This document shows positions 47,471 to 58,523 of a stretch of 64,000 nt of DNA, in pieces; position 1 is the stretch's first letter, and each line of letters opens with the position of its first letter. Under the pieces are notes generated by a model. That model saw nothing but the letters and a program-made list of their open reading frames with translations. It did no database searches and was not told the origin of the DNA. The stretch covers positions 4,192,436 to 4,256,435 of the forward strand of contig SMSO01000031.1 of assembly GCA_004764695.1 (NCBI GenBank), written 5' to 3'. A program made the translations under genes and the position numbers. Source of the DNA: Schizochytrium sp. TIO01. Its lineage: Eukaryota > Protista > Bigyra: Labyrinthulomycetes.

Positions 47471-49513
47471 TTAATCTGCCCTAAAGTTTGGCGCTGCAAG
47501 CGCAATGAAAATACTCAGGCTAGTGGGAACGCGCCCAATAATATCCTGCAAATCTTCGTGACGTGTCGCCATAAGCTGCTGGTCTTTTCCCTCTTCGTTG
47601 ATAATTGTGAAATTTTCAATGAATTCGTTCACGAGCCACACGGAGAAACCATGGTGGGTCCAAATGTCCCGTGCTTCATCATAGGAGACTTGCTTGTACT
47701 TGATCTCGCGCTCCAGGTTTTCAGATAACTCCTCAACAACTTTGGCATTCCTGAAAATGTCAGATACAAGTGTATAGGTCTTGCCTGCATGTAGAGATGG
47801 TTCTGCAATAATCTTTGCAACGGCCTCACCCACATCACTCGTACTCACGACAGCAAATTCGACGTCAGGCTTCAGCGGGGAGCAAAATGTAGAGTCTGAG
47901 ATAATCTTTTCACGGTAAATGTAAAGATTCTCTGCAAAAAATGGCAGGCGCAGAATTACATGCTTCAAATTGGATTCGGCCAAACAGGTCTCAATAAGGG
48001 TAAAGTCTGCCGCCATGCTTGTCGAAGTTTCAGGAAGGTTCATGTTAATGACAGACATTAGAACGACTGTGCCCCGGAAAGCGGCGGCCTTAAGTCCAGC
48101 AATAGTCATCTGGCAAATCTTGGCTCGATCCTCGACAGGGGGTGCAATGATGAAAACGGCAGAGGGTTTATTCTCCTTCACCGTTTTAGCTACTGCTGCC
48201 TGATCGCCCATATCCAGTGCAAAAGGTTCCACACCCTCTACGTCATCCTCACCTGCTTCTGCGGCTTTGTCAACGTTTCGCATGCATGCGATAACTTGAA
48301 AGCCAGCAAAGTGAAGCGCCCTCACTGAAGCCTTGCCAATTTTACTTGTGCTGTTAAAAACCATAATTGGGGCATTTGGATCAACAGTGGAATGGTGGCT
48401 GCCCTCCTTAGCTGCTTCAACTACAGCAGGCTCTTTGTGAGCCACAAACATTGGCAAGACAGCCTTAATAAAAGACTCTGTAGTTGTGACTTCGGAGCGC
48501 ATCAATTTTTGAAGCTGTACAGAGTCATGGGTCATTGACGGAGAGCCTTCGTCAATGAGTTTGTACAACTCAATAATACCGTCAGCCTGCCAATCTGGGA
48601 AACCCATCCGCAAAAGAGCCTCCTTGGACTTTTCAGGCGGTACCTGCTCATACTGAATCTCCTTGTTTAGAGCCTCGGAGAAGATTCTGGCCATATCTCT
48701 GTGAGTATAAGTATCGGAGGCAAGCTCGTACACTTCCCCACTGAGAGGTTCTGCGGTGCATAAGAGGTTCGCAGCAGCCTCTCCGACATCAGAGGTAACA
48801 ACAGTACTAAAGGGCGAATCCGGTTTGCAGATTCCCATGATTTTGTCCTCGTCACGAATTGAGTGAATGTGCACAAAGCAGTTATCTGTGAAAAGTGGCA
48901 CACGGAGGATAGCATATGGGATACCAGATTCCTTGATAGCTGTCTCAATAGGTACAAGCTGCTTTGCAAAGATGGTCACTTTTTCCTTGACAGAGAGTAC
49001 TGAAAGAAGAACAATATTCCCGACCTTGGCAAGGCGGCAGCCTTGGATAGCCGAAATACTAATTTCTGTGCGGTCGTGGGTGCCTGGGACAATGAGAAAC
49101 ACGGAGCGCACATTGTTTTCAATTATTACCTTTGCGACCTCCTCCTTGTGACCAGGGTTTACTTTCACGGGTGTTACATAGTCAAAGCTACAAAGTCCTG
49201 CATCATTCGCTCGCGAGGTATCACGTGTGCCAGCGAAGACGCGAATTTTCTCACTTGCAAGGTCTCTCTTTACCAGTGCTTTAACAGTAGCTTTACCAAT
49301 CATTCCGGTGCATCCTAAGATGAGGATGTTACCTGGTGTCTCTCCAAGAGTTTCCTTACGAAGTCTCCCAACCTCAGCTTCGAGTTGATGGACTTTCTTC
49401 TCTTTAGCTGCAATCTCTTCTTTGGCATCCTTCAGTTCCTCTTTGGTTTCCTTCAGAGCGTGCGCCGTCGATCGTTTGCGGTCGTGCGCCTCCACGGACT
49501 CCACACAACCCAT
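47471..49513 (-). CDS. Tandem NmrA-like NAD(P)-binding protein with N-terminal MGC acylation motif and coiled coil
   Basis: Two homologous units of about 290 aa (ILILGCTGMIG..LRVPLFTDN..SDVGEAAA and IMVFNSTSKIG..LRLPFFAEN..SDVGEAVA); ATG at 49513 gives MGCVES. Confidence 0.88.
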   Translation of the reverse strand: MGCVESVEAHDRKRSTAHALKETKEELKDAKEEIAAKEKKVHQLEAEVGRLRKETLGETPGNILILGCTGMIGKATVKALVKRDLASEKIRVFAGTRDTSRANDAGLCSFDYVTPVKVNPGHKEEVAKVIIENNVRSVFLIVPGTHDRTEISISAIQGCRLAKVGNIVLLSVLSVKEKVTIFAKQLVPIETAIKESGIPYAILRVPLFTDNCFVHIHSIRDEDKIMGICKPDSPFSTVVTSDVGEAAANLLCTAEPLSGEVYELASDTYTHRDMARIFSEALNKEIQYEQVPPEKSKEALLRMGFPDWQADGIIELYKLIDEGSPSMTHDSVQLQKLMRSEVTTTESFIKAVLPMFVAHKEPAVVEAAKEGSHHSTVDPNAPIMVFNSTSKIGKASVRALHFAGFQVIACMRNVDKAAEAGEDDVEGVEPFALDMGDQAAVAKTVKENKPSAVFIIAPPVEDRAKICQMTIAGLKAAAFRGTVVLMSVINMNLPETSTSMAADFTLIETCLAESNLKHVILRLPFFAENLYIYREKIISDSTFCSPLKPDVEFAVVSTSDVGEAVAKIIAEPSLHAGKTYTLVSDIFRNAKVVEELSENLEREIKYKQVSYDEARDIWTHHGFSVWLVNEFIENFTIINEEGKDQQLMATRHEDLQDIIGRVPTSLSIFIALAAPNFRAD

Positions 49514-50628
49514 CTTGAACAAGTAGAGATAGATTTACAGGTTTACCTCGAAGTGCGTTTGCTGAAAGCGAAGAACAAAGTTCACAAAACGCAAGGCCTT
49601 CTTCAACCTTTGGTCTAAACACTAGGCCAAGCCAAGCCAAGTCAAACTAAGAAAAGTCAAATTCTACGTTTCCGGATCTGCTGACGTGCGGCAAAACAAC
49701 GTGCAATTTTCAACGAAGAAGTAGGTACTATACTCGACTAGATACCCGTACTACCTTTTTCACCCAATTTTGTTGGTGGAATTCTATAATCTGTATCTGT
49801 ATCTGTTATTAGCAGCGTACTTCAACCCAGACCTTGTGGCCTTGCTTTGTAAGAAAGTAAGAAAGTTTGTCTCCACTCAATACAGTATTGGTTAATCGCC
49901 CGCCGATTCTCCTTTTGTCAATTGCTAGCGTCCCGGACTGTGCAGGATATGCTCTTCACGGTGCCTTTGCTACCGGACTCTTGAAGTTGGCCTGAGACTC
50001 GAGACTCTCAGAGGCACTCGGAACTACTAGCTCTGCCACTAAGCGCTGAGTACAAGCGGGATCTGGCAGAGGATCCAGAGAGGTCCAGCTGAAATGTCCT
50101 TGCCCCACCTACTGCGCCCACCACAGCGTAGCAGCAGCCTTCAAAATTTCGATGAATAGATAGATCTCTTGATGGGTCGCCTCGAGTAATCTGTATTTGT
50201 TTGCCTTCAAGCTAGATCGAGCCTTAGTAATTAAGGTAGGCACCACCCTCAGGTTAGCGTCCGAAGTACCCTGTATTAGACTGTATTAGACTATGGAGCT
50301 CAAGATCTCAAGATTTCCCACCAGCCAGCCAGCCAGCCAGCCAGCAAAGCCTAAGCAGACCCGCTAGCGTGTGGGCAATCGCGCAACCTTTCTGGTTAGC
50401 GATCCGCCGAGATCGGCTTTTGGGAGGTGCTTAGTCCTCACGTCGCTTCTCTAATTGCGGGTCTGCACTCTCGACCGCCTGCAGTGATAGGAGTTCTAAG
50501 ATAAGATCACTTTTGATAGAGATATATATTGCTAGGAGCTCAGCTACTCGAAACGATACGCGTCGAGGTGCCTTGAAGCCAGCGAGGTGGCCACTACGGT
50601 AGAACTTCTTACTAGAGTTTCCAAACTT

Positions 50629-50733
50629 TGGAATTCAAATTCGTGGAATTCAAATTCGTGGAATTCAAATTCGTGGAATTCAAATTCGTGGAATTCAAAT
50701 TCGTGGAATTCAAATTCGTGGAATTCAAATTCG
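50629..50733. repeat. Perfect 15-bp minisatellite (TGGAATTCAAATTCG) x7
   Basis: Seven identical head-to-tail units with no spacers. Confidence 0.97.
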
Positions 50734-51799
50734 GACTTGGAGCGAATTGGTCCAACTCCTGCTCCTCGTGCAGGGCTGTGGCGGCCGCTCGGGTCGAGGT
50801 CGGCCCCGCCGGGCTCTCGCACGCTTGCTGCTGCTGCTGCCGCGTGCTTTTTGGTCTGCGCGGTGTCCGTGAGGTTCACCGCAACCAGGCCCCACCCAGT
50901 CAGTGAGTGATGATGGTAAGTGCGATGAAGTTCCGGTTCTGGTCTTCTGCTTTCTTCGCTCTCGAAGCCTTCCTTGTAAAATGAGGCGCGAGAGGTCCTA
51001 TGCAGGGCTACCGTATTACCTATGTGGCACGGCACCCAGTTCAACGACGTGATAACTTCGCTGGACAGTGCGGAGCAGAAGATGCTGAAAACTCGAGTGA
51101 GAACGCACGCACGCATAGCCAGCTAGACGAGGCGACTCTCTCTCTCACTGTAGAAAATCAACCCAAAAGATTGAAACGCGCTCCCTCTGACTAGTTGAGG
51201 CGACCTGAAGAGCGTTCGTTCCCGACTAACTTGCCAGATTAATTTGATTTGCGAAGCTTTTCGGACTTCCTGGGCCCTATCATCTTCGCACTCTCACTAG
51301 TCAGAGGTAACAAGCCAAAACAATCACTCTTAATATCTTCAATCACATTTAACCTACCTCCCTTGTGAACTGGTTTATATGGGTGCCGCTTTGGAGATTA
51401 CTAATTGTAGGAAGGAGCATGCATTGAGCAGGCAACCAGGTCCCCACGGTAATTCCTTTGCAGGCCTTCTCATACTCCGAGTGTGGTTTATATTGGGGCT
51501 TTGTTGACGTTTCTGAAGCATGGATTGCGAACTATTCGTTAAAAGCCAGGCCTGATGAGTTTTAACAATTTGATTCGATTGAAGAACTTCAAGGAAAAGT
51601 CGTTGGCCCTTGAGAGTGGCCAGGGCTCAAGAGTACTTTCTCACCTAGGGGCTATCCTCGCCAGACGCATACCGGCATAAATAAAAAAGTAATGGCCATC
51701 AATATCCGATTTGTTGTTTAAGAAAAGAATATAGTTGCCTTGATTAGTTTCAGTTTCGAAGAAGACAACAAAAGGGACCCACAGGTATTTTTCTAGCAT

Positions 51800-53000
51800 G
51801 TGTCAAATGTTTAAACCCTGTCCAATCTGTAGAGCTCCAAAACAGGAATAACAACATCGCTTACCGCATAAGCAGCACCAAATAGTTAACGTTCTCAAGA
51901 GTGTAGAAAATGACGACGTTGATGAACAACACAAGAGCGCGTTGAATGCCTGAGAAAATATCCTGCTGGACAAAATGGAAAGCATTTCAAAGACACCGCT
52001 AGATATATGCGCTTCTGCAAGTGCATACATTTGCTCTGTATCAGATATTTAATATTTTGCGACATCTCTTGACACCGTTTTCCCCAAATGGCATTTAATT
52101 AAAGCGCATTTCATAAAATTCGGTTTATTGATGACTTTGCGCACGTCAATATTTCTATCTAATATCTCAGCAAAGAGCTCATCTTGGAGGAACTGCTTGA
52201 GGCAAACTCTTGACAAAAATGTTTTTTTGCAACTCTTTCAGGAAACACGGTAGCGAAGCTCTATGTTACCATCTTAAGAACCTATATCGTTGGTCAGCAA
52301 CCACTGAGTAGATGTAAAATCCCATATGTGCGGACAAAGTATAAAACAATTTCTTCGGAAATGATCATGAAGACCACGGGAACAAAAAGTGTAACCAGAC
52401 GGAATATTGGATCCTTGAATCATCTTTATCTAGATCGCAAGTGTTTACATCCTCAAGCCGTAGCTCTGAGTTACGTGTCATCCAGGACTTTTTGATCCCG
52501 TGTTGCACAGACTCACCGCGTTTCAAATAGAATCTGATTAATTCACAATCACAGTCTTCGTTCCAAAAAAATTGTATCTTTCATCTAATTCTTTTCACAA
52601 TTGGGGTGTTCTCGTGGCGATTCACAGGTGGCCATCGCATCATGGAAATGGTGATACTAATATTCAAGATCACTCGATCATGACGGCGCTGGAGACCAGA
52701 TCTCAAGCATCTTGTCAAAGTCAAAGTCTCTGTATGTATCATCATTATCGTCGTTCACTCAAGTTCTTCGCGAGGATTCCAAATTTTGGTCACCATACTG
52801 TGGTGCCTCCTTTTGAGGCTCAGCTGTTCCTCAGTATCAGATAATACGATCTTCGGAACACTTTCACTTTCTTCAAGTTCTTCAATTTTTGCTTTGAGAA
52901 TAATCGGAATAACAAACCATTTGAATTGATTTTGCTCAGGCGCCCTTGCCGCGAGAGCCTTCGTCCACAGTTTATCTACTAGCCGGACCGATCGCAGACA
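51800..53000 (-). pseudogene. Decayed RBR (RING-between-RING)-type E3 ligase-like remnant
   Basis: Manual translation through stops in one frame gives FCSRGLHDHFRRNCF, KSCKKTF..LKQFLQDELFAEIL and WCCLCGKRCCYSC; multiple in-frame stops and a frameshift upstream. Confidence 0.45.
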
Positions 53001-54581
53001 TAAGCTCAGGAGTCGCTGGTACTCTTAGTATTAGTAAATATCAAGAATATTGCTAAAAGTTAAGAAAGTAGGAAACTGGATAAATTATTGAAAGTTATCC
53101 TGATTTGCCGTGGATGTAATTATTTATCCTAGTTTGAATTTCGTGCACGGTAGTACATTAAAAATGTCCAATTCAAAAAGTTTTTTGACTTCAATAATGA
53201 TGAAAAATTGTTTCTCAAGCATTTTCAATTTTAACATATAAAATATATACCTTAGGCAGGGGTATTTACTAAAGACTAGGTAGAATGGATGTGTGCATAG
53301 TTATTAAGTATATATATAATAATAATTAAAACAACAAAATAATAAAAGGGAAAGAAAGCTTTAATTAAAAGGCATTGCGGTGTGAAAGCATCATACTTTC
53401 AAGTTGCACGAGCAACTTAGTATATGAACTGTCAAGTGCATTCTGCGCCTGGCTTCAAAGAAGTAAGATATTGGCGTTCACAGAGAGCTAGGTTTATTTT
53501 TATACAACTGAAGAATAAATACCAAGTAAGCTTTATATTGTGCAAATTGAACTCCTTTATTCTACGAAACTATCCAACTTAAACAGCATAACACCTCAAC
53601 TCTGAAGAGAAATTCTCCTGAGATGCCATGCAATTTAAAATAAAGGGTAGACAGTGCACACAACGAGTGGATTGTGTACTGATCTTCAGAGCTAGCATTT
53701 CGTTTTCTTCCCTCGCTCGCTAGTGTGCGTGCGCACGCTCAAGTTCTGACTCTCTTTTGGTCGAACTTGAAGGTGGCTTTGACTTTGTACTAAAGGAGGT
53801 AGGCACTACTACTGCTTGCAAGAGCACCTAAAAGTTACCACGATAAGCGGTTTTGAGATTGAAGATCATTCACTTGTAGGGAAACAAGTCATTCACGATG
53901 ACAATGTTATTGTGTAACCTTTAAGTGACAAAGATTATCTGATATGGCTCAGGCTGAAGTCAGAATTGGAGTAAGACAAGAATTCTGGTATGTTAGCATA
54001 TAGTAATAATACCACCTACAAGAGTGCCGACACAAAGGTGTTGGTAATGAAGGTTGAATTTGGAGGCGGTCGTTTGGCTTGCTCAGCTCTCTAAGCGCTT
54101 GAACTACAGATTGTGGAGTTTTAAAGCACTGTAGAGAGTGAATGTTCAAAACTTTTATAGGGAAGTACAGCATGTACTCTATACAGCTCCCATCAGTGTC
54201 TGTTCGTAGCTGATGATACATTCTCAACTTTTGTTTCTACAATTAAAAAGACATACGAGGGTACCTAGTTATTGTGTAGACTACTAATAGTACAACAAGG
54301 AAGTACTACATACACTGGGATAGAAGGCTTTGCACAATTTTGTACAACGTCCATGTATTAGTAATACCTACCTACTATGACGCGTGTACTCGGCAAATGT
54401 TTTTGCTTGTGATCATAGAGTTCTCGCTCCGAAGCTCTACAGCACCCGCAGGAAAACCATCTCGATGCCATGTTGCGTATATCACTTCCCCGCACAAGCT
54501 TTGCGCGCGCACATTAATTTGTTACACCTTTAGCGCACGCCTCCTTTGTTTCACAATATCTAATCATCATGGCTGACACAC

Positions 54582-57500
54582 CACGTGTGAAGATAAGTCT
54601 ATCAAGCCCGTTAACTCTATTTAATTGTGGCACTGATCCTAATATGGGATTGACTCACTCATCTCTTGTCTCGAAACTCCATATCTAGGTCGTTGGATGC
54701 AACAAGGTATTAGCAGAAGCCGAAATTCGTGGGACTAGAGCTGAGGATATCTACCAATTTCCATACCAAGTCAAAGCGGTCTCAAGACAAACTTTTTCTG
54801 GAGCTGCCGTGTTCGCTACAAGAGGCCAGCTCCAATTTAACAGCAACTCCAAGCGCAAGATCTTTGGGGGCTGCCACTGAGGTAAAAAACATGTTTAAGG
54901 GAACCCCATCAACAACAATGACAACTATGTTGAGGCACGTAATTCTGAGTGGGACCCTCATAAAAGATGAGACGAAGTAAGTATAGACGAAATGCTTTAT
55001 CATTATTCTAATTATTTTTAGGTTCTGCAAAAAAATACCAGGGCAGAACCTAAAAATACCAGCAACCTCACACGAGGCTTTGTCGGTTTGAGATTGATTG
55101 TCTAATTACACCAAAGTGTTCTTAGGGCAGAGCACGCGACTTATTACTTCATTGTGATGTATCGAAAGTTGATATCAGATGTTCATATTCTTAGAAAGAG
55201 AGACTATATATATATATATATGCATGTATATTTTTAATTTAAAAATGACCTATATAGTTTTAAAAGCAAATCTACAGAAAAGAGATTATGTTAAAGTCAA
55301 AACATTCTCCAAGCTTTTGTTACTCCAACTTTAAATCCAGGAGTGAATTGGGGAATCATCATACACATAGCAATACCTTCATGAACCTGGTGTTAAAGTA
55401 TAACACATACAAATACCTGAACTAGCTCTGGAGGAGTTACGAGCAAGAGTGCTAGCAATTGTTACTGTGACTCGAAGATGATGGTTCTAATTTGTATAGT
55501 TCTGTCTCAAGTTGTGCATACTCCGGTTTGGCGATTATTTTTTAGACAGTTAACTAACTATATTAACTTTTTGAGTAGCGCACGTGCTCGTGTGCCGCTA
55601 TGGCCGTGCAGAGAAAGCAGTGCACAGACATATTTTATCTGAACAAGAGGTCGCACGCTGTTTGAAGTGCATTAGGGGCCGCCGTCTAGGGGCCGCCGTT
55701 GCTGGATTTATGTTTGCACAGCTCGATGTTTGTCATGGACCATATATAGCGTTTATCTGCTTTTAATGTAAAATTAAAAAAAAAAAAAACAATTCTTTCT
55801 AAAATGACATTTACCATCATGATCATTTTCCTAAAAAGAAAGAAAAAAGAAAAGAAAAATTATTTGCGCGTGCGCGCACACGTGTGTAAGATTTTGACAG
55901 TGGAGTGGGAGGAGGGTGTATTGAAAAGGCATTTTAAAAAGAGGTTTACCATTGACATTGAAGAGATCAAATAGAGTTGTCCCTACCAGAGCAGCTCCAG
56001 TGAGAATACATATTATGTTCATTGTTTGTGGGAGAAAATTATACACTCAGCGCTCAGCACATGCCCATATTTGAAACCCCCTTCCTCTGTTCCAGTGTAG
56101 TTGAAAAGGAGGTAGTGGAGATGCGAGAGAGGGAGTGCCACTCTTATCCAGTCCCCCAGTCTTGCTTCTTCTGTAGGCACGCAATTATAGCTATTCATGG
56201 TGCTTTCTGTGATGCTTTAAAGTCATCAGGTATGGTAGGAATACAAGAGGCAGACACCTAGAGCGAGCGAGCGAGCATGCAAACCAAGGAGATTTGTCTA
56301 GGAAAATAGTACATTTCGTGTTGAATTATCATTTCATTTATTTTCTATTAATTTCCATATATATATATTTTTTTTATTTAAGTTTTGAAAGAAAACATAT
56401 TGGTAAGTAAGAAATAAATCTACCACATAGGAGTCACGTGTGCTCCCCTCTTCCTTTCCTCCTTCAACTTGAGGTCCTTCTTCTTCATTCCCAACTATGA
56501 CTACCCTGATGATCATGAGCCATGAATTAATCCAGAAGGCTGACAAAGTTAAGAATCACAAAGGTAGTACATCAGTATATTCACTATCTGGTGTATTTCT
56601 TCATGATACTAGGTACATTCTAGGCAGCAGGTACTGGATCGAACATATGAGTAGAAAGTAGAAAAAATTACTTAGTCCACTTCAAATTCACTTCAGCTTA
56701 TTTGAAGCAGTGGAGTTAGTCTTTTCCTTCCCGCCACTTCGGGAGACGGGCTGGCTTCGCCGTTGCCAGCATGATTGCAAAGCGCATTTTCAAGTCCGTG
56801 CTATATTTGCACAGCGTTCAGCCCTTGGGGGTAAATTACTTGACGTACTGGGAGCGTTTCGCGACCGACTGCTTGCCTGCCCGAGGTAGTCCCTCCTTCG
56901 TTTGTTTACACACCATGATCAATCATAGTGGTTTGAGATAAGTTGGTTCGAGCACCATAAATACAGAATCTATAGTTAGCTAAGCAGTCGGTTCTCAGTC
57001 GCAGATTGTAACTTTGATAAATCCTGAGCTTTGATTGTTGGGTGGCTTTTTGTTTCTCTCTCGGCACGTGGAGTTCTTAAAAAAAAAAAAAAAAAAAAAT
57101 ACCTTCTAAAATAAGGTGAGAATAAAGTGTCACTCTTCTCGTACTGACAAGGTGGGCTTGACTCCAACTTGAAGTAGATAGCCTTGCCTTGTTTATGACA
57201 GCCGCAATAGCTGCGTTCCTTCTTGTGACTCTGGTCTGGCTATGCTGAAAAAGGAAGAATGTAAGAAGCAATCAAGAGCACGTGTGCATCGTTGAAAGAG
57301 GTTTAGTGCTAATCATATTTTATTGCTGTTGTTATGGTTAATGAATGAATGAATGAATTAATAGTTTATAATTAGACCTTTTATCCTTTTTCTTTCCTTT
57401 CGCGCTTATCAAGTGCACATGACATTTCCACAGCCTGGAACAAGCAATGGTAGCTCATATAGAAGCTTGATTTGAAATTGTTGATATATTCGCGTTCTCA

Positions 57501-58097
57501 CTCAGCCCCGGAGGAGGAGGAGGAGGAGGAGCAGGAGGAGGAGGAGTGCAACTAGAAAAAAGTGGTAAATAGAAAACAAAAATAGAAAAAGAAAGAAGAA
57601 AGTACTTTGCACATGCCAGTCAAACTTCGCTAAGAATCAGCTAATGACTTTTATAAAACGTCAAAGTTGGCAAACCTTGCTTTTCTTTTTTGTTAGAAAA
57701 ACTCAGTTTTAAATGAAATAATTTACTCCATTCTCAATTATTTGGAAAAGTCGAAGGTGCCTTAGGAGTTGCTTATATGAATGATAGAAGCCCATGATGG
57801 AGTGAATAAACTGGAATTATTCTTTTTAGAGTAAAAGAAGTGACTTTAAAAAGCCAAAAAATAAACATCGCTCGTCGATCGAGCGCTCCTTCAGAGAATC
57901 AATTATCAATCATTCAACTCCATCTTGCTCGTCGCTCGGGGAGCGACAGCTAGGTCCCGCGAGCGATTTCTGCTCGTACATAACTGGGGAAGCGCGTATA
58001 CTCGCGCCTGAGTTGTTCCGTGCGGACTTGCGCCCTCGCTCGTCCGGAGCCCAAGTCCATTCGTCATTCACTCGTTCATCGGAGGGCTGTGCACGTG
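54582..58097. promoter_or_regulatory. Cluster of seven CACGTG (E-box/G-box) sites upstream of the tetraspanin gene
   Basis: Sites at 54582, 55581, 55879, 56435, 57065, 57279 and 58092; regulatory function is inferred only. Confidence 0.4.
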
Positions 58098-58523
58098 CTC
58101 AGCCAATCTCCTTTATTGGAAAGGGGGAAAGCCGCGGCTTCTTTCTAAAAGTATATTTCCTTCGTGTTCTTGCGAGGTGAGGTGATCGCTGATAGAAGCA
58201 AGATACAAAACCAAGCAGGGGAGTGTGAGTCGCGCAACTTCTGATTTGGCACGCTCGAGGAACCGAGCTGTATTGATTGTTAAATAGTAGGAAATCGCCT
58301 CACGTCTGTCTTCTGTGGTCGATTCACTCATCTCTGTTGTTCGGTTGTTAACTCTATTGTTGCCACTCCGTTTCTACATCTCTCTGCCTTTGTATTCGTG
58401 GCGTTTCTGTGGAAAAGGCGGATCAAAGCGAACGACAGTACACCCTTCACTCAATACAATCGTTCATATACACACACCATCGTGCGCATCGCCCGGTAGC
58501 TCTTTAGATCACAAACAAAGAAA

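Noticed and set aside
50629-50733. CRISPR-like array or EFHEF/WNSNS repeat proteins
   Set aside because: No spacers, no cas genes and a eukaryotic context; the ORFs arise from a stop-free 15-bp unit.
56940-56960. GGTTCGA T-loop-like words (also about 20886, 32406 and 63330)
   Set aside because: No cloverleaf or A-box context; not tRNAs.
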